Source: Methylobacterium sp. NEAU 140
GTDB taxonomy: Bacteria; Pseudomonadota; Alphaproteobacteria; Rhizobiales; Beijerinckiaceae
Assembly: GCF_030700245.1 (NCBI RefSeq)
Contig: NZ_JAUYZI010000005.1
Coordinates: forward strand, 139,496 to 163,495
Reading direction: 5' to 3'
DNA length: 24,000 nt
The notes under the pieces are model-generated. The model was not told the origin of the DNA. It ran no database searches and saw only the letters and a program-made list of their open reading frames with translations. Made by a program: the position numbers and the translations under genes. This document shows, piece by piece, positions 8,945-18,517 of the stretch; the stretch's first letter is position 1; each line of letters starts with the position of its first letter.

Positions 8945-10846
8945 TCAGAACTCGCCGCCGAGCGCCCGGCGCAGGGCCGCCTGATCGACGGTCACGCCGG
9001 CGTTCTTCTGCACCTCGCCGATGAACTCGCCGAGCACGTCGTCCGACAGGGCGGTCTGGAAGCTCTGGGTGATCGTCCGGTCGCTCGGGCTGCCGGCCGC
9101 GGTGGCGGGCATCGTCGCCCCGGTCACCTTGAACACCGCGCGCCCGTCGCCGGAGGCCGCGGTGCCGGCCTTGCCCACCGCGGTGGCGAAGATCAGGTTC
9201 ACCACGTCGGCCGTGAGCTGGTCCTTCGGCTGGTTGCGCGTCAGGTCGGACGCCGATTCGGCGTTGACGCCCGCGTCCTTGGCCACCGCCTCGACGGTCT
9301 CGCCCTTGTCGAGCCGCTCCACCAGCTCGCGGCCCTTGGCCTGGAGACGCTTGGCGGTCTCGGCGGCGGTCCAGCCGGCCTTCACCGCGTCCCTCACCTC
9401 GTCGAACGGCTTGTCGTGGGCCGCGTCGATGCCGGTCACGTCGTACCAGACGTAGCCGCCGGACTTGGTGCGCAGGGGCTCGTTGTCGCCGCCGATCTCG
9501 GCGCGGAACACGGCCGGGAGGGTGGTGTCGGGGTCCGGGATGCCGGCGACGCGCTGCCCGTCCGGGGCGCGGCCCTGGGCGTCCACGGCCTTCACCGCGA
9601 CGAGGCTCAGGCCGCGCTCGGCGGCGATGTCGGCGAGCGGCTTGGCGCCCGCGCGCTGGTCCTCGATCGCGTCGCGGGCCGTCTCCAGGCCGTCGCGGGC
9701 GCGCTGGAGCGCCAGCCCCTTGCGGATCTCGCCCTCCACCGCCTCGAACGGCTTCACCGTGCCGGGCTCGATCTTCGTGACCCGCAGCAGCACCGTGCCG
9801 AAGCGGCCCTGGACCGGCTGGCTGACGCCGCCTTCCGGCAGGGCGAAGGCCGCGTCGGCCACCGCGCGGTCGAACAGCTCGGTCTTGGTCAGCGTGCCCA
9901 AGGTCAGGTCCTTGCCGTCGGTGCCGCGCGCCTCGGCCACGGCCTCGAAGGTCTTGGACCCGTCCTCGATCTCCTTGCGCGCCGCCTCGGCGGATGCGGC
10001 ATCGGGGAAGACGATCTGCTGGATCGTGCGCTTCTCGGGGCTGCCGTAGCGGCTCTTGTTCAGCTCGTAGGCCTTGTGCAGGTCGTCCGCGCTGACGGCG
10101 TCCGGCTTGGCCATCTGCTCGGGATCGACGACGAGCAGGTTGACGGCGCGGTATTCCGGCGCGCGGAAATTGCCCTTGTTGGCCGCGTACCAGGTCTTCA
10201 GCTCCTCCTCGCTCGGCTCGGGGATCTGCCCCGCGGCCGAGGGCGGCAGGATCAGGTAATCGGCCGCGCGCCGCTCGGTGGTGTAGCGGTGCACCGCGTC
10301 GCGCAGGGCCGTCGGCACAGGCAGATCGGCCGAGACGGCCTCGGCGAGCTGGAGGCGGGCGATGACCGAGCGCTGCTCGCGCACGAACATCGGCTCGTTC
10401 AGCCCGGCCCGCTGCAGGGTCTGGTAGAACAGCGCCGGGTCGAACTGGCCCTGCGCGTTCTGGAAGCTCTTCTCCTCGTGGATCGCGCGGATCACCGAGG
10501 CGTCCGGCACGGCGAGGCCGAGGTCGCGGGTCTTCTGGTCCAGCGCCGCCTCGGTGATGAGCTGCGACATCACCTGCCGGTCGAGGCCGAGCATCCGCGC
10601 CTGATCGGGGGTGATCGCCCGCTTGAGCTGCGCCTGATAGCGCTGGAGCTGGTTCTGGTAGGCCTGCCGGACCGCCTCGGCGGTGATCGGCGTGCTGCCG
10701 ACCTTGGCCACCGTGTTGCTCGCGCCGCCGCGGAAGAACTCCTCCACGCCGAAGATGCCCACGCCCGCGATGAGCAGCGTGAAGATGATCGTCAGCACGA
10801 TCTTTCCGAGCCAGTGCTGGCTGGCGTTGCGGATGCCCTGGAGCAT
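8945..10846 (-). CDS. ppiD: PpiD-like periplasmic chaperone / peptidyl-prolyl isomerase (SurA N-terminal domain family), membrane-anchored
   Basis: ORF 8945-11245 trimmed to MLQGIRNASQHWLGKIVLTIIFTLLIAGVGIFG (ATG at complement 10844-10846). This gives an N-terminal anchor helix followed by a ~600-aa soluble region with a degenerate parvulin-like segment. Size and layout match PpiD. Confidence 0.8.
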   Translation of the reverse strand: MLQGIRNASQHWLGKIVLTIIFTLLIAGVGIFGVEEFFRGGASNTVAKVGSTPITAEAVRQAYQNQLQRYQAQLKRAITPDQARMLGLDRQVMSQLITEAALDQKTRDLGLAVPDASVIRAIHEEKSFQNAQGQFDPALFYQTLQRAGLNEPMFVREQRSVIARLQLAEAVSADLPVPTALRDAVHRYTTERRAADYLILPPSAAGQIPEPSEEELKTWYAANKGNFRAPEYRAVNLLVVDPEQMAKPDAVSADDLHKAYELNKSRYGSPEKRTIQQIVFPDAASAEAARKEIEDGSKTFEAVAEARGTDGKDLTLGTLTKTELFDRAVADAAFALPEGGVSQPVQGRFGTVLLRVTKIEPGTVKPFEAVEGEIRKGLALQRARDGLETARDAIEDQRAGAKPLADIAAERGLSLVAVKAVDAQGRAPDGQRVAGIPDPDTTLPAVFRAEIGGDNEPLRTKSGGYVWYDVTGIDAAHDKPFDEVRDAVKAGWTAAETAKRLQAKGRELVERLDKGETVEAVAKDAGVNAESASDLTRNQPKDQLTADVVNLIFATAVGKAGTAASGDGRAVFKVTGATMPATAAGSPSDRTITQSFQTALSDDVLGEFIGEVQKNAGVTVDQAALRRALGGEF

Positions 10847-11090
10847 GGTGTCTCGGTCGCGCCTCGGCCGCCGCCCGGACGGGGCGGGCGGTGTTGTCCT
10901 GAAGAGCGCCCGCGATAGACCATCGGCGCTCCGCGGGCAAAGGCCGCGCTCGCGGGCGCGGTCCGGAGAACGCCGCGCGCCCAAGGCGGCGGATCCCGTG
11001 GACGGCGCGGCCCGCGGCGTTTGCGCGCCCAAGCTTGCTCTGGTAGGCCCGCGGCCACCCCTGAGCGACGGCGGCGGAGCGAGGCGAGCG

Positions 11091-11852
11091 ATGACGCGCA
11101 CCGGACGGCGGCCCCTGGTCGCCGGCAACTGGAAGATGAACGGCACGCGGGCCTCGATCCCCGTCGTCGAGGCGATCCGCGACGGGCTGTCGCCGGACCT
11201 CGCCTCCGGCATCGACGCGCTGATCTGCCCGCCCTCCACGCTCATCGGATCCTGCGTGGCGGCGACCTACGGCTCGTCGGTCGCGATCGGCGGCCAGAAC
11301 CTGCACGCCCGGCCGAGCGGCGCCTTCACCGGCTCGATCTCGGCAGAGATGCTGGCCGACCTCGGCGCCAAGTACGTCATCGTCGGCCATTCCGAGCGGC
11401 GCGCCTACCACCACGAGACCGACGACGGCGTCCACGCCAAGGCGCTCGGCGCCCGCCGCGCCGGCCTGTGCGGCATCATCTGCGTGGGCGAGACCATCGA
11501 GGAGCGCGAGCAGGGCCGGGCGCTGGACATCGTCCGCGCGCAGCTCGCCATCGGCCTGCCGAAGGGCGCCACCAGCGCCGACACGGTGATCGCCTACGAG
11601 CCGGTCTGGGCGATCGGCTCGGGCCGCACGCCGACGCCGAAGGACATCGCCGAGGTCCACGCGTCCCTGCGCGAGATGCTCGACAAGCTCGCGGGCGACG
11701 AGGCGGGGCGGATCCGCATCCTCTACGGCGGCTCGGTCAAGCCCGGCAACGCCCGCGAGATCCTGTCCGTCGACAACGTCGACGGCGCGCTGGTCGGCGG
11801 CGCGAGCCTCGTCGCCGAAGATTTTCTGGGGATCTGCGCCGCCTACGCGTGA
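11091..11852 (+). CDS. tpiA: Triosephosphate isomerase
   Basis: ORF 10683-11852 trimmed to MTRTGRRPLVAGNWKMNG (ATG at 11091, GAGG 7 nt upstream). Motifs AGNWKMNG, VIVGHSERR, AYEPVWAIGSG and YGGSVKP are present. Confidence 0.93.
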   Translation: MTRTGRRPLVAGNWKMNGTRASIPVVEAIRDGLSPDLASGIDALICPPSTLIGSCVAATYGSSVAIGGQNLHARPSGAFTGSISAEMLADLGAKYVIVGHSERRAYHHETDDGVHAKALGARRAGLCGIICVGETIEEREQGRALDIVRAQLAIGLPKGATSADTVIAYEPVWAIGSGRTPTPKDIAEVHASLREMLDKLAGDEAGRIRILYGGSVKPGNAREILSVDNVDGALVGGASLVAEDFLGICAAYA

Positions 11853-11880
11853 GGTCTCAACGCGTGAGGTCGCGTCCCTG

Positions 11881-11913
11881 CCGCCGGTCCCGCCCGTCGG
11901 CGGGGACCGGCGG
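11881..11913. terminator. GC-rich hairpin between convergent tpiA and the NTF2-like gene (candidate bidirectional terminator, no U-tract)
   Basis: CCGCCGGTCCCGCC (11881-11894), loop CGTC, then GGCGGGGACCGGCGG (11899-13). This forms a 14-bp stem with one bulge, placed between two convergent stop codons. Confidence 0.5.
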
Positions 11914-11922
11914 CGGTCGCCC

Positions 11923-12390
11923 TCACAGCTTGTAGGCCTGCCGGGCGAGCAGCCGCCAGCGACCGCCGTCCCGGTGCCAGACCTGCATCACGCCGATATG
12001 CACCGGGGTGGTCTTGCCGTCCGCGGTCGACTCGCCGTCGAACACGTGGCGGGCGATGGCGTCGTCGCCCACCACCGAGACCGTCTGTTTCGACAGGGTG
12101 ATGCTCGGGAAGGCGGAGCGGCGGCTGGCGATCGCGTCGACGAAGGCCGCCTTGTCCTCGATCTTGCCGCCGGAATGACCGTAGCTCAGGCCGTCGAGGG
12201 TCAGCGCGTTGAGCGCCGGGCCGTCGGCGGCGAGCATCGCCTTGGTCAGCGAATCGACGGCGGCCTCGACCTCGGCCTTCGCATCCCCCTTGGCATCCCC
12301 CGCGGCGTGGGCGGCCCCCGAGACCAGGGCTGCGGCGAGCCCGGCGGCGAGCAGGGCGCGGCGCGGTTGCGACATGGCGAGACTCGACAT
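11923..12390 (-). CDS. Secreted NTF2-fold protein (DUF4440 / SnoaL-like)
   Basis: 155 aa. The ATG (complement 12388-12390) is preceded by AGGAGGA-N5. The signal peptide is MSSLAMSQPRRALLAAGLAAALVSGAAHA/AG. The ~125-aa mature domain ends ...VMQVWHRDGGRWRLLARQAYKL, a pattern I associate with NTF2-like DUF4440 proteins. Confidence 0.65.
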   Translation of the reverse strand: MSSLAMSQPRRALLAAGLAAALVSGAAHAAGDAKGDAKAEVEAAVDSLTKAMLAADGPALNALTLDGLSYGHSGGKIEDKAAFVDAIASRRSAFPSITLSKQTVSVVGDDAIARHVFDGESTADGKTTPVHIGVMQVWHRDGGRWRLLARQAYKL

Positions 12391-12618
12391 GGCGGTCCTC
12401 CTGTATCCGCGGCGTCTCTGCGGCGCGCCGTCGGTGGCGCCACGCTAGAGCAGGCCGGGGCGCGCCGCGAGGGGGAAACGGCCCGTCCTCCGCCGGTTGG
12501 CGGGGGACCGCATCTGGTGTAAGGCCCCAGCCAAACGGACCGGGCGCGCGAGCGCCGTCCGAGCCCGCGCCCGCGATCCCCCGAGGGTCCGCGCCCGGGG
12601 CAAGATGCCGGAACCCCG

Positions 12619-14788
<2,170 letters not shown>

Positions 14789-14800
14789 GACGGCGCAGCG

Positions 14801-14864
14801 CTCTCCCTCCCCCCTCTGCGGGGGAGGGTGGGCCTCGCGTCAGCGAGGGTCGGGAGAGGGGAGC
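14801..14864. repeat. Left arm of a GC-rich REP/MITE-like inverted repeat
   Basis: CTCTCCCTCCCCCCTCTGCGGGGGAGGGTGGGCCTCGCGTCAGCGAGGGTCGGGAGAGGGGAGC. Internal hairpins are CCCTCCCCC/GGGGGAGGG (9 bp) and CCTCGC-GTCA-GCGAGG. It matches the reverse complement of 15039-15096. Confidence 0.85.
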
Positions 14865-14970
14865 CCGGCTTCCGGTAATACCAACGGCCGGAACCGCTGA
14901 CTCTTCCTGCCCCCCGGCCGTTGGCAAGCGTGAAGACGCGCCGCCGCCGATGCGGCGGGCGGCGCCCGAC

Positions 14971-14999
14971 GTGTCAACGGCGGGCGCCACGGGTATAAG
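14971..14999 (+). promoter_or_regulatory. Candidate sigma70-type promoter inside the element core, pointing at holC
   Basis: GTGTCA-N17-TATAAG. The near-consensus -10 is conspicuous in this GC-rich background. It lies ~210 nt upstream of the holC start. Confidence 0.3.
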
Positions 15000-15038
15000 A
15001 TCGCTGCGGCTCGTGCCGGGCGTCAGTCCTGCACCGTC

Positions 15039-15096
15039 GCTCCCCTCTCCCGACCCGCTTCGCGGGCCACCCTCCCCCGCAGAGGGGGGAGGGAGA
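15039..15096. repeat. Right arm of the inverted repeat (reverse-complement copy)
   Basis: GCTCCCCTCTCCCGACCCGCTTCGCGGGCCACCCTCCCCCGCAGAGGGGGGAGGGAGA. Blocks of 30 nt and 15 nt are identical to the left arm in inverted orientation. The central mini-hairpin differs in sequence but is retained as a hairpin. Confidence 0.85.
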
Positions 15097-15206
15097 CGGC
15101 GCGTTCGCCTAACCCTTCCCGTGCGTCAGAAGTCCAGAGGGTTGCACGCCCCCGCGGCGCCGCGCCGCTTCTCGCGCGCCCGGCGCGGCCCTATCTCGGC
15201 TGAGCC

Positions 15207-15659
15207 GTGACCGAGATCCTGTTCTACCACATGCAGCGCCAGCCCCTGGAGAAGGTGCTGCCGAGCCTCGTCGAGCGCTCGCTCGGCCGGGGCTGGCAGG
15301 CCGCGATCCAGGCGGCGAGCGAGGAGCGGCTGGCCGCCCTCGACGACCACCTCTGGACCTATTCCGACGAGAGCTTCCTGCCGCACGGCACCGACCGCGA
15401 CCCGGACGCGGCTGGCCAGCCCGTCGTGCTCACCTTGCGCGACGTGAACCCCAACGGCGCCTCGATCCGCTTCCTCGTGGAGGGCGCCGACCTGCCGCCC
15501 GATGCCGGGGCTTACGAGCGGATCTGCATCCTGTTCGACGGCACGGACCAGGACGCGCTGCTGCGCGCCCGCGAGCAGTGGCGGCAGGCGAAGGAGGCGG
15601 GCCACGCCGTGGCCTACTGGCAGCAGGACGAATCCGGCCGCTGGAACAAGAAGGCGTGA
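15207..15659 (+). CDS. holC: DNA polymerase III subunit chi
   Basis: 150 aa with a GTG start. It opens MTEILFYHMQRQPLEKVLPSLVERSL... and contains HLWTYSDESFLPHG, the conserved chi N-terminal strand and the W..F.PH region. Confidence 0.82.
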   Translation: MTEILFYHMQRQPLEKVLPSLVERSLGRGWQAAIQAASEERLAALDDHLWTYSDESFLPHGTDRDPDAAGQPVVLTLRDVNPNGASIRFLVEGADLPPDAGAYERICILFDGTDQDALLRAREQWRQAKEAGHAVAYWQQDESGRWNKKA

Positions 15660-15661
15660 GG

Positions 15662-17239
15662 ATGTCGCCGATGCCCCGTCTCGCCGCCGCCGCCCTGGCG
15701 CTCGCGCTCGCCCTGCCCCAGCCGCTGGCCGCGCAGGAGAACCCGCACGGCGCACAGCCGGCGGAGCGCCAGCGCCCCGCGGAGGGCCGGCGGCTGCCGC
15801 CCGATTCGACGACGCAGCAGAGCGTGACGCTGCCCGATGGCCGGAAACTCGACTTCACCGCCACCGCGGGCAGCCTGCCGCTGGTCGACGAATCGGGAAA
15901 ACTCCAGGCCGAGATCGGCTTCGTCGCCTACACGATGGCCCCGCAGGCGGGCGCCGCGCGCCCGGTCACCTTCGCGATCAACGGCGGACCCGGCGCGGCC
16001 TCGGCCTACCTGAACATCGGCGCGATCGGCCCGTGGCGGCTGCCGGTGGACGGCGACAGCATCAGCCCGTCGCAGACGGTCGCGCTGGTGCCGAACGACG
16101 GCACGTGGCTCGACCTCACCGACCTCGTGTTCATCGACCCCGTCGGCTCCGGCTACAGCCGCGCCGCGGACGGCGACGCCAAGAAGTACTGGGGCGTCGA
16201 CGCCGACGCCTCGGTGCTGGCGGCGGCGATCGCCCGCTACCTGCGGGTCAACGGCCGCGAGGCCAGCCCGAAATTCTACGTCGGCGAGAGCTACGGCGGC
16301 TTCCGCGGCCCGCTCATCGCGGGCAAGCTCCAGGAGGAGATCGGCGTCGGGCTCTCGGGGATGGTGCTGCTCTCCCCCGTGCTCGATTTCGGCTGGCTCC
16401 AGGGGCCGCGCACCAACCCCTGGGGCTACGTGCTGCGCCTGCCCTCGCTGGCGGCCGGCGCCCTGGAGCGGACCGGGACCGTCCCGACCTCCGCCCTGCT
16501 CACGGATGCGGAGGGCTACGCCACCGGCCCCTACCTCGCCGACCTGCTCAAGGGACCGGGCGACACCGGGGCGGTGGCGCGGATGACCGAGCGCGTCGCG
16601 CCGCTGACCGGCCTCGATCCGGCCTACGTTCGGAGCCTCGGGGCGCGGCTGACCACCCACGGGGTCCAGCGCGAGATCGACCGGGCGGCGGGGCGCGTCG
16701 CCTCCGCCTACGACACCGGCATCACCGGCTGGGACCCGAACCCGGACGCGCCGTCCTCGAACTTCGACGACCCGCAGCTCACCGCGCTCCAGGCGCCGCT
16801 GACGAGCGCGATGCTCGACCTCTACGCCCGGGTCCTGAAATGGCCGGTGCCGAACCTGCGCTACGAGTTGCTGAATTCCGCGGTCAACCGCGCATGGTCC
16901 TGGGGCTCGGGCCGGCAGGCGCCGGAAGCGCTCTCCGCCCTCAAGGGCGCGCTGGCCCTCGACGGCAACCTGCGCGCCCTCGTCGTCCACGGCTTCACCG
17001 ACCTCGTGACGCCCTACTTCGCCTCGAAGCTGCTGCTCGCCCAGGTGCCGCCCTACGGCGGCGGCCGGCTGAACCTCGCGGTCTATCCCGGGGGCCACAT
17101 GTTCTACAGCCGGGCCAATTCCCGCGCCGCCTTCAAGCGGGACGTGTCGGCGCTGTACGAGGCGGCGCTGAAGGCTCGCGACGCGGGCGCGGCCAAGCCC
17201 GCCGGCGCGCCGGCCGAGGGCCTGCGGGAGCCGCGCTGA
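15662..17239 (+). CDS. Secreted S10-family serine carboxypeptidase-like peptidase
   Basis: ORF 15578-17239 trimmed to MSPMPRLAAAALALALALPQPLAAQE (ATG at 15662, in TGAGGATG with the holC stop). Motifs AINGGPGAASAY, FIDPVGSGYS, the catalytic YVGESYGG, then HGFTDLVTP and YPGGHMFY are consistent with a Ser-Asp-His triad. Confidence 0.82.
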   Translation: MSPMPRLAAAALALALALPQPLAAQENPHGAQPAERQRPAEGRRLPPDSTTQQSVTLPDGRKLDFTATAGSLPLVDESGKLQAEIGFVAYTMAPQAGAARPVTFAINGGPGAASAYLNIGAIGPWRLPVDGDSISPSQTVALVPNDGTWLDLTDLVFIDPVGSGYSRAADGDAKKYWGVDADASVLAAAIARYLRVNGREASPKFYVGESYGGFRGPLIAGKLQEEIGVGLSGMVLLSPVLDFGWLQGPRTNPWGYVLRLPSLAAGALERTGTVPTSALLTDAEGYATGPYLADLLKGPGDTGAVARMTERVAPLTGLDPAYVRSLGARLTTHGVQREIDRAAGRVASAYDTGITGWDPNPDAPSSNFDDPQLTALQAPLTSAMLDLYARVLKWPVPNLRYELLNSAVNRAWSWGSGRQAPEALSALKGALALDGNLRALVVHGFTDLVTPYFASKLLLAQVPPYGGGRLNLAVYPGGHMFYSRANSRAAFKRDVSALYEAALKARDAGAAKPAGAPAEGLREPR

Positions 17240-17270
17240 CGGAATCGGGGGGCGCCGCGCGCCGCCTCCG

Positions 17271-17299
17271 TTGTGCCCGGGCGCGGCTGCGGCTACAAC
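17271..17299 (+). promoter_or_regulatory. Candidate promoter of the riboswitch-led cob operon
   Basis: TTGTGC-N17-TACAAC. It would place the transcription start a few nt before riboswitch stem P1 (17305). Confidence 0.3.
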
Positions 17300-17304
17300 G
17301 AGTC

Positions 17305-17477
17305 CGTGACGGTGCCCCGGAGACGGGGTGAAAAGGGAATGCGGTGAGGGCTCCTCGGAGTTCGAACCCGCGGCTGCCCCCGCAACTGTGAGCGGCGAGC
17401 GCCCGCCAGCGCCACCGGAGCGATCCGGGAAGGCGGTGGGCGCGCCCGAGCCGCGAGCCAGGAAACCTGCCGTCACG
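17305..17477 (+). promoter_or_regulatory. Cobalamin (B12) riboswitch aptamer
   Basis: P1 pairs CGTGACGG (17305-17312) with CCGTCACG (17470-17477). Conserved core strings are GGTGCC, AAAAGGGAATGCGGTGAG, GCGGCTGCCCCCGCAACTGTGAGCGG and GCCACCGG...GGGAAGGC. The B12 box AGCCAGGAAACCTGCC is at 17456-17471. It lies directly upstream of cobalt-transport and cob genes. Confidence 0.9.
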
Positions 17478-17520
17478 ACAGGCACCACGAACGCCGCCGG
17501 TGGGGCGGCCGGAGAGCACC

Positions 17521-17712
17521 ATGACCAGCCAGTCCATCACGACCCCCGCCCTCGCGCCCGTCGCCGTCCGCTCCAGCGAGCGCCTGATCGCCGCCGCGCT
17601 CGCCGCCTTCCTCGGCCTCGGCCTCGTGTTCATGGCGGGCTTCTCGCCGGCCAGCGCCCTGCACAACGCGGCGCACGACTTCCGGCACACCCAGAACTTC
17701 CCCTGCCACTGA
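17521..17712 (+). CDS. cbtB: Putative cobalt transporter subunit CbtB
   Basis: ORF 17500-17712 trimmed to the ATG at 17521 (GGAGAG 5 nt upstream). 63 aa with one TM helix (LIAAALAAFLGLGLVFMAGF) and the C-terminal His/Cys motif HNAAHDFRHTQNFPCH, typical of CbtB. It follows a B12 riboswitch. Confidence 0.8.
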   Translation: MTSQSITTPALAPVAVRSSERLIAAALAAFLGLGLVFMAGFSPASALHNAAHDFRHTQNFPCH

Positions 17713-17728
17713 CGCCCGCCCGAACGGG

Positions 17729-18517
17729 ATGATCCTCCGGCTTCTGTCGGCGGCGCTGGCCGCCGGCTTCCTCGCGGCCGTCGTCACGACCGGCCTCGAA
17801 CTCACCCTGACCTCGCCGCTGATCATCGCGGCCGAAGCCTACGAGACGCAGGGCACCCAGCGGGCGGCGCAGGCTTCGCCGGCCGGGCTGCCGATCGTGC
17901 CGGCCCATGACGTGCACGCCCGTGTGGTGCAAGCCCGTATCGTGCAGGTCCATGCCGGCCACGACCACGGTGCTCCCTCGGCCGCGCCTGCGTGGCAGCC
18001 CGGCGAGGGCCTGCCGCGCATGGCGTTCACCGGGCTCGCGACCCTCGTCGGCGCGGTGGGCTACGCCCTGCTGCTCGGCGCGGTGATGCTCGCCTGCGGC
18101 CGCACGCCGACGCCCGAGACGGGGCTGGCCTTCGCGGTGGCGGGCTTCGCCAGCGTCGCCCTCGCCCCGGGCCTCGGCCTGCCGCCGGAGCTTCCCGGCA
18201 GCGCCGCCGCGCCGCTGGCCGCCCGGCAGGCGTGGTGGGTGATGACCGCCGCGCCCACCGGCATGGGCTTGTACCTGATCGGCGTGCGCCGCTCGCTCAT
18301 CGCCATCCTCGGCGGCCTCGTGCTGATCGTCGTGCCGCACGTGGCCGGCGCCCCCCAGCCGCCCGCGGAGACCTCGGAGCTGCCGGCGGCGCTGGCCGCG
18401 CAGTTCGCCGCCCGCTCGCTCGCGGTGAGCTTCGTGTTCTGGGCGCTGATCGGCCTCGGCCTCGGCTGGGCGTGGCAGGGCTTCTCCGCACGCGGCCGCG
18501 AGGCGGCCCGTGCCTGA
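17729..18517 (+). CDS. cbtA: Putative cobalt transporter subunit CbtA
   Basis: 262 aa with multiple TM segments and a His-rich loop (PAHDVHARVVQARIVQVHAGHDHG) after TM1. It lies immediately downstream of cbtB. Confidence 0.8.
   Translation: MILRLLSAALAAGFLAAVVTTGLELTLTSPLIIAAEAYETQGTQRAAQASPAGLPIVPAHDVHARVVQARIVQVHAGHDHGAPSAAPAWQPGEGLPRMAFTGLATLVGAVGYALLLGAVMLACGRTPTPETGLAFAVAGFASVALAPGLGLPPELPGSAAAPLAARQAWWVMTAAPTGMGLYLIGVRRSLIAILGGLVLIVVPHVAGAPQPPAETSELPAALAAQFAARSLAVSFVFWALIGLGLGWAWQGFSARGREAARA

Larger units (their letters stand above)
14797..15096. mobile_element. Candidate non-autonomous element (MITE- or REPIN-like): two inverted arms around a 174-nt core, no transposase
   Basis: The arms are as listed above. 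The core has its own 11-bp stem (14881-14891 / 14914-14924). A 10-nt direct repeat GAGACGGCGC occurs at 14787-14796 and 15093-15102, which could be a target-site duplication. This is ambiguous because the right copy overlaps the arm end. No coding capacity is evident. Confidence 0.35.

Noticed and set aside
7416-11660. A 1414-aa minus-strand ORF that looks like a giant protein
   Set aside because: Only its last 506 codons (7416-8936) are real, and they are trpE. Upstream, the frame runs out of frame through ppiD and antisense through tpiA, giving an Arg/Gly/Pro/Ala-rich translation. This is a stop-codon-poor artefact of high GC.
14801-15096. Possibility that the repeated ~60-nt modules are a CRISPR array
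   Set aside because: There are only two copies, in inverted rather than direct orientation, separated by a 174-nt spacer. No cas genes are present.
17133-17690. A 185-aa minus-strand ORF covering the riboswitch and cbtB
   Set aside because: It overlaps a well-defined structured RNA and a plausible cbtB. Its translation is Arg/Pro/Ala-rich with no features.
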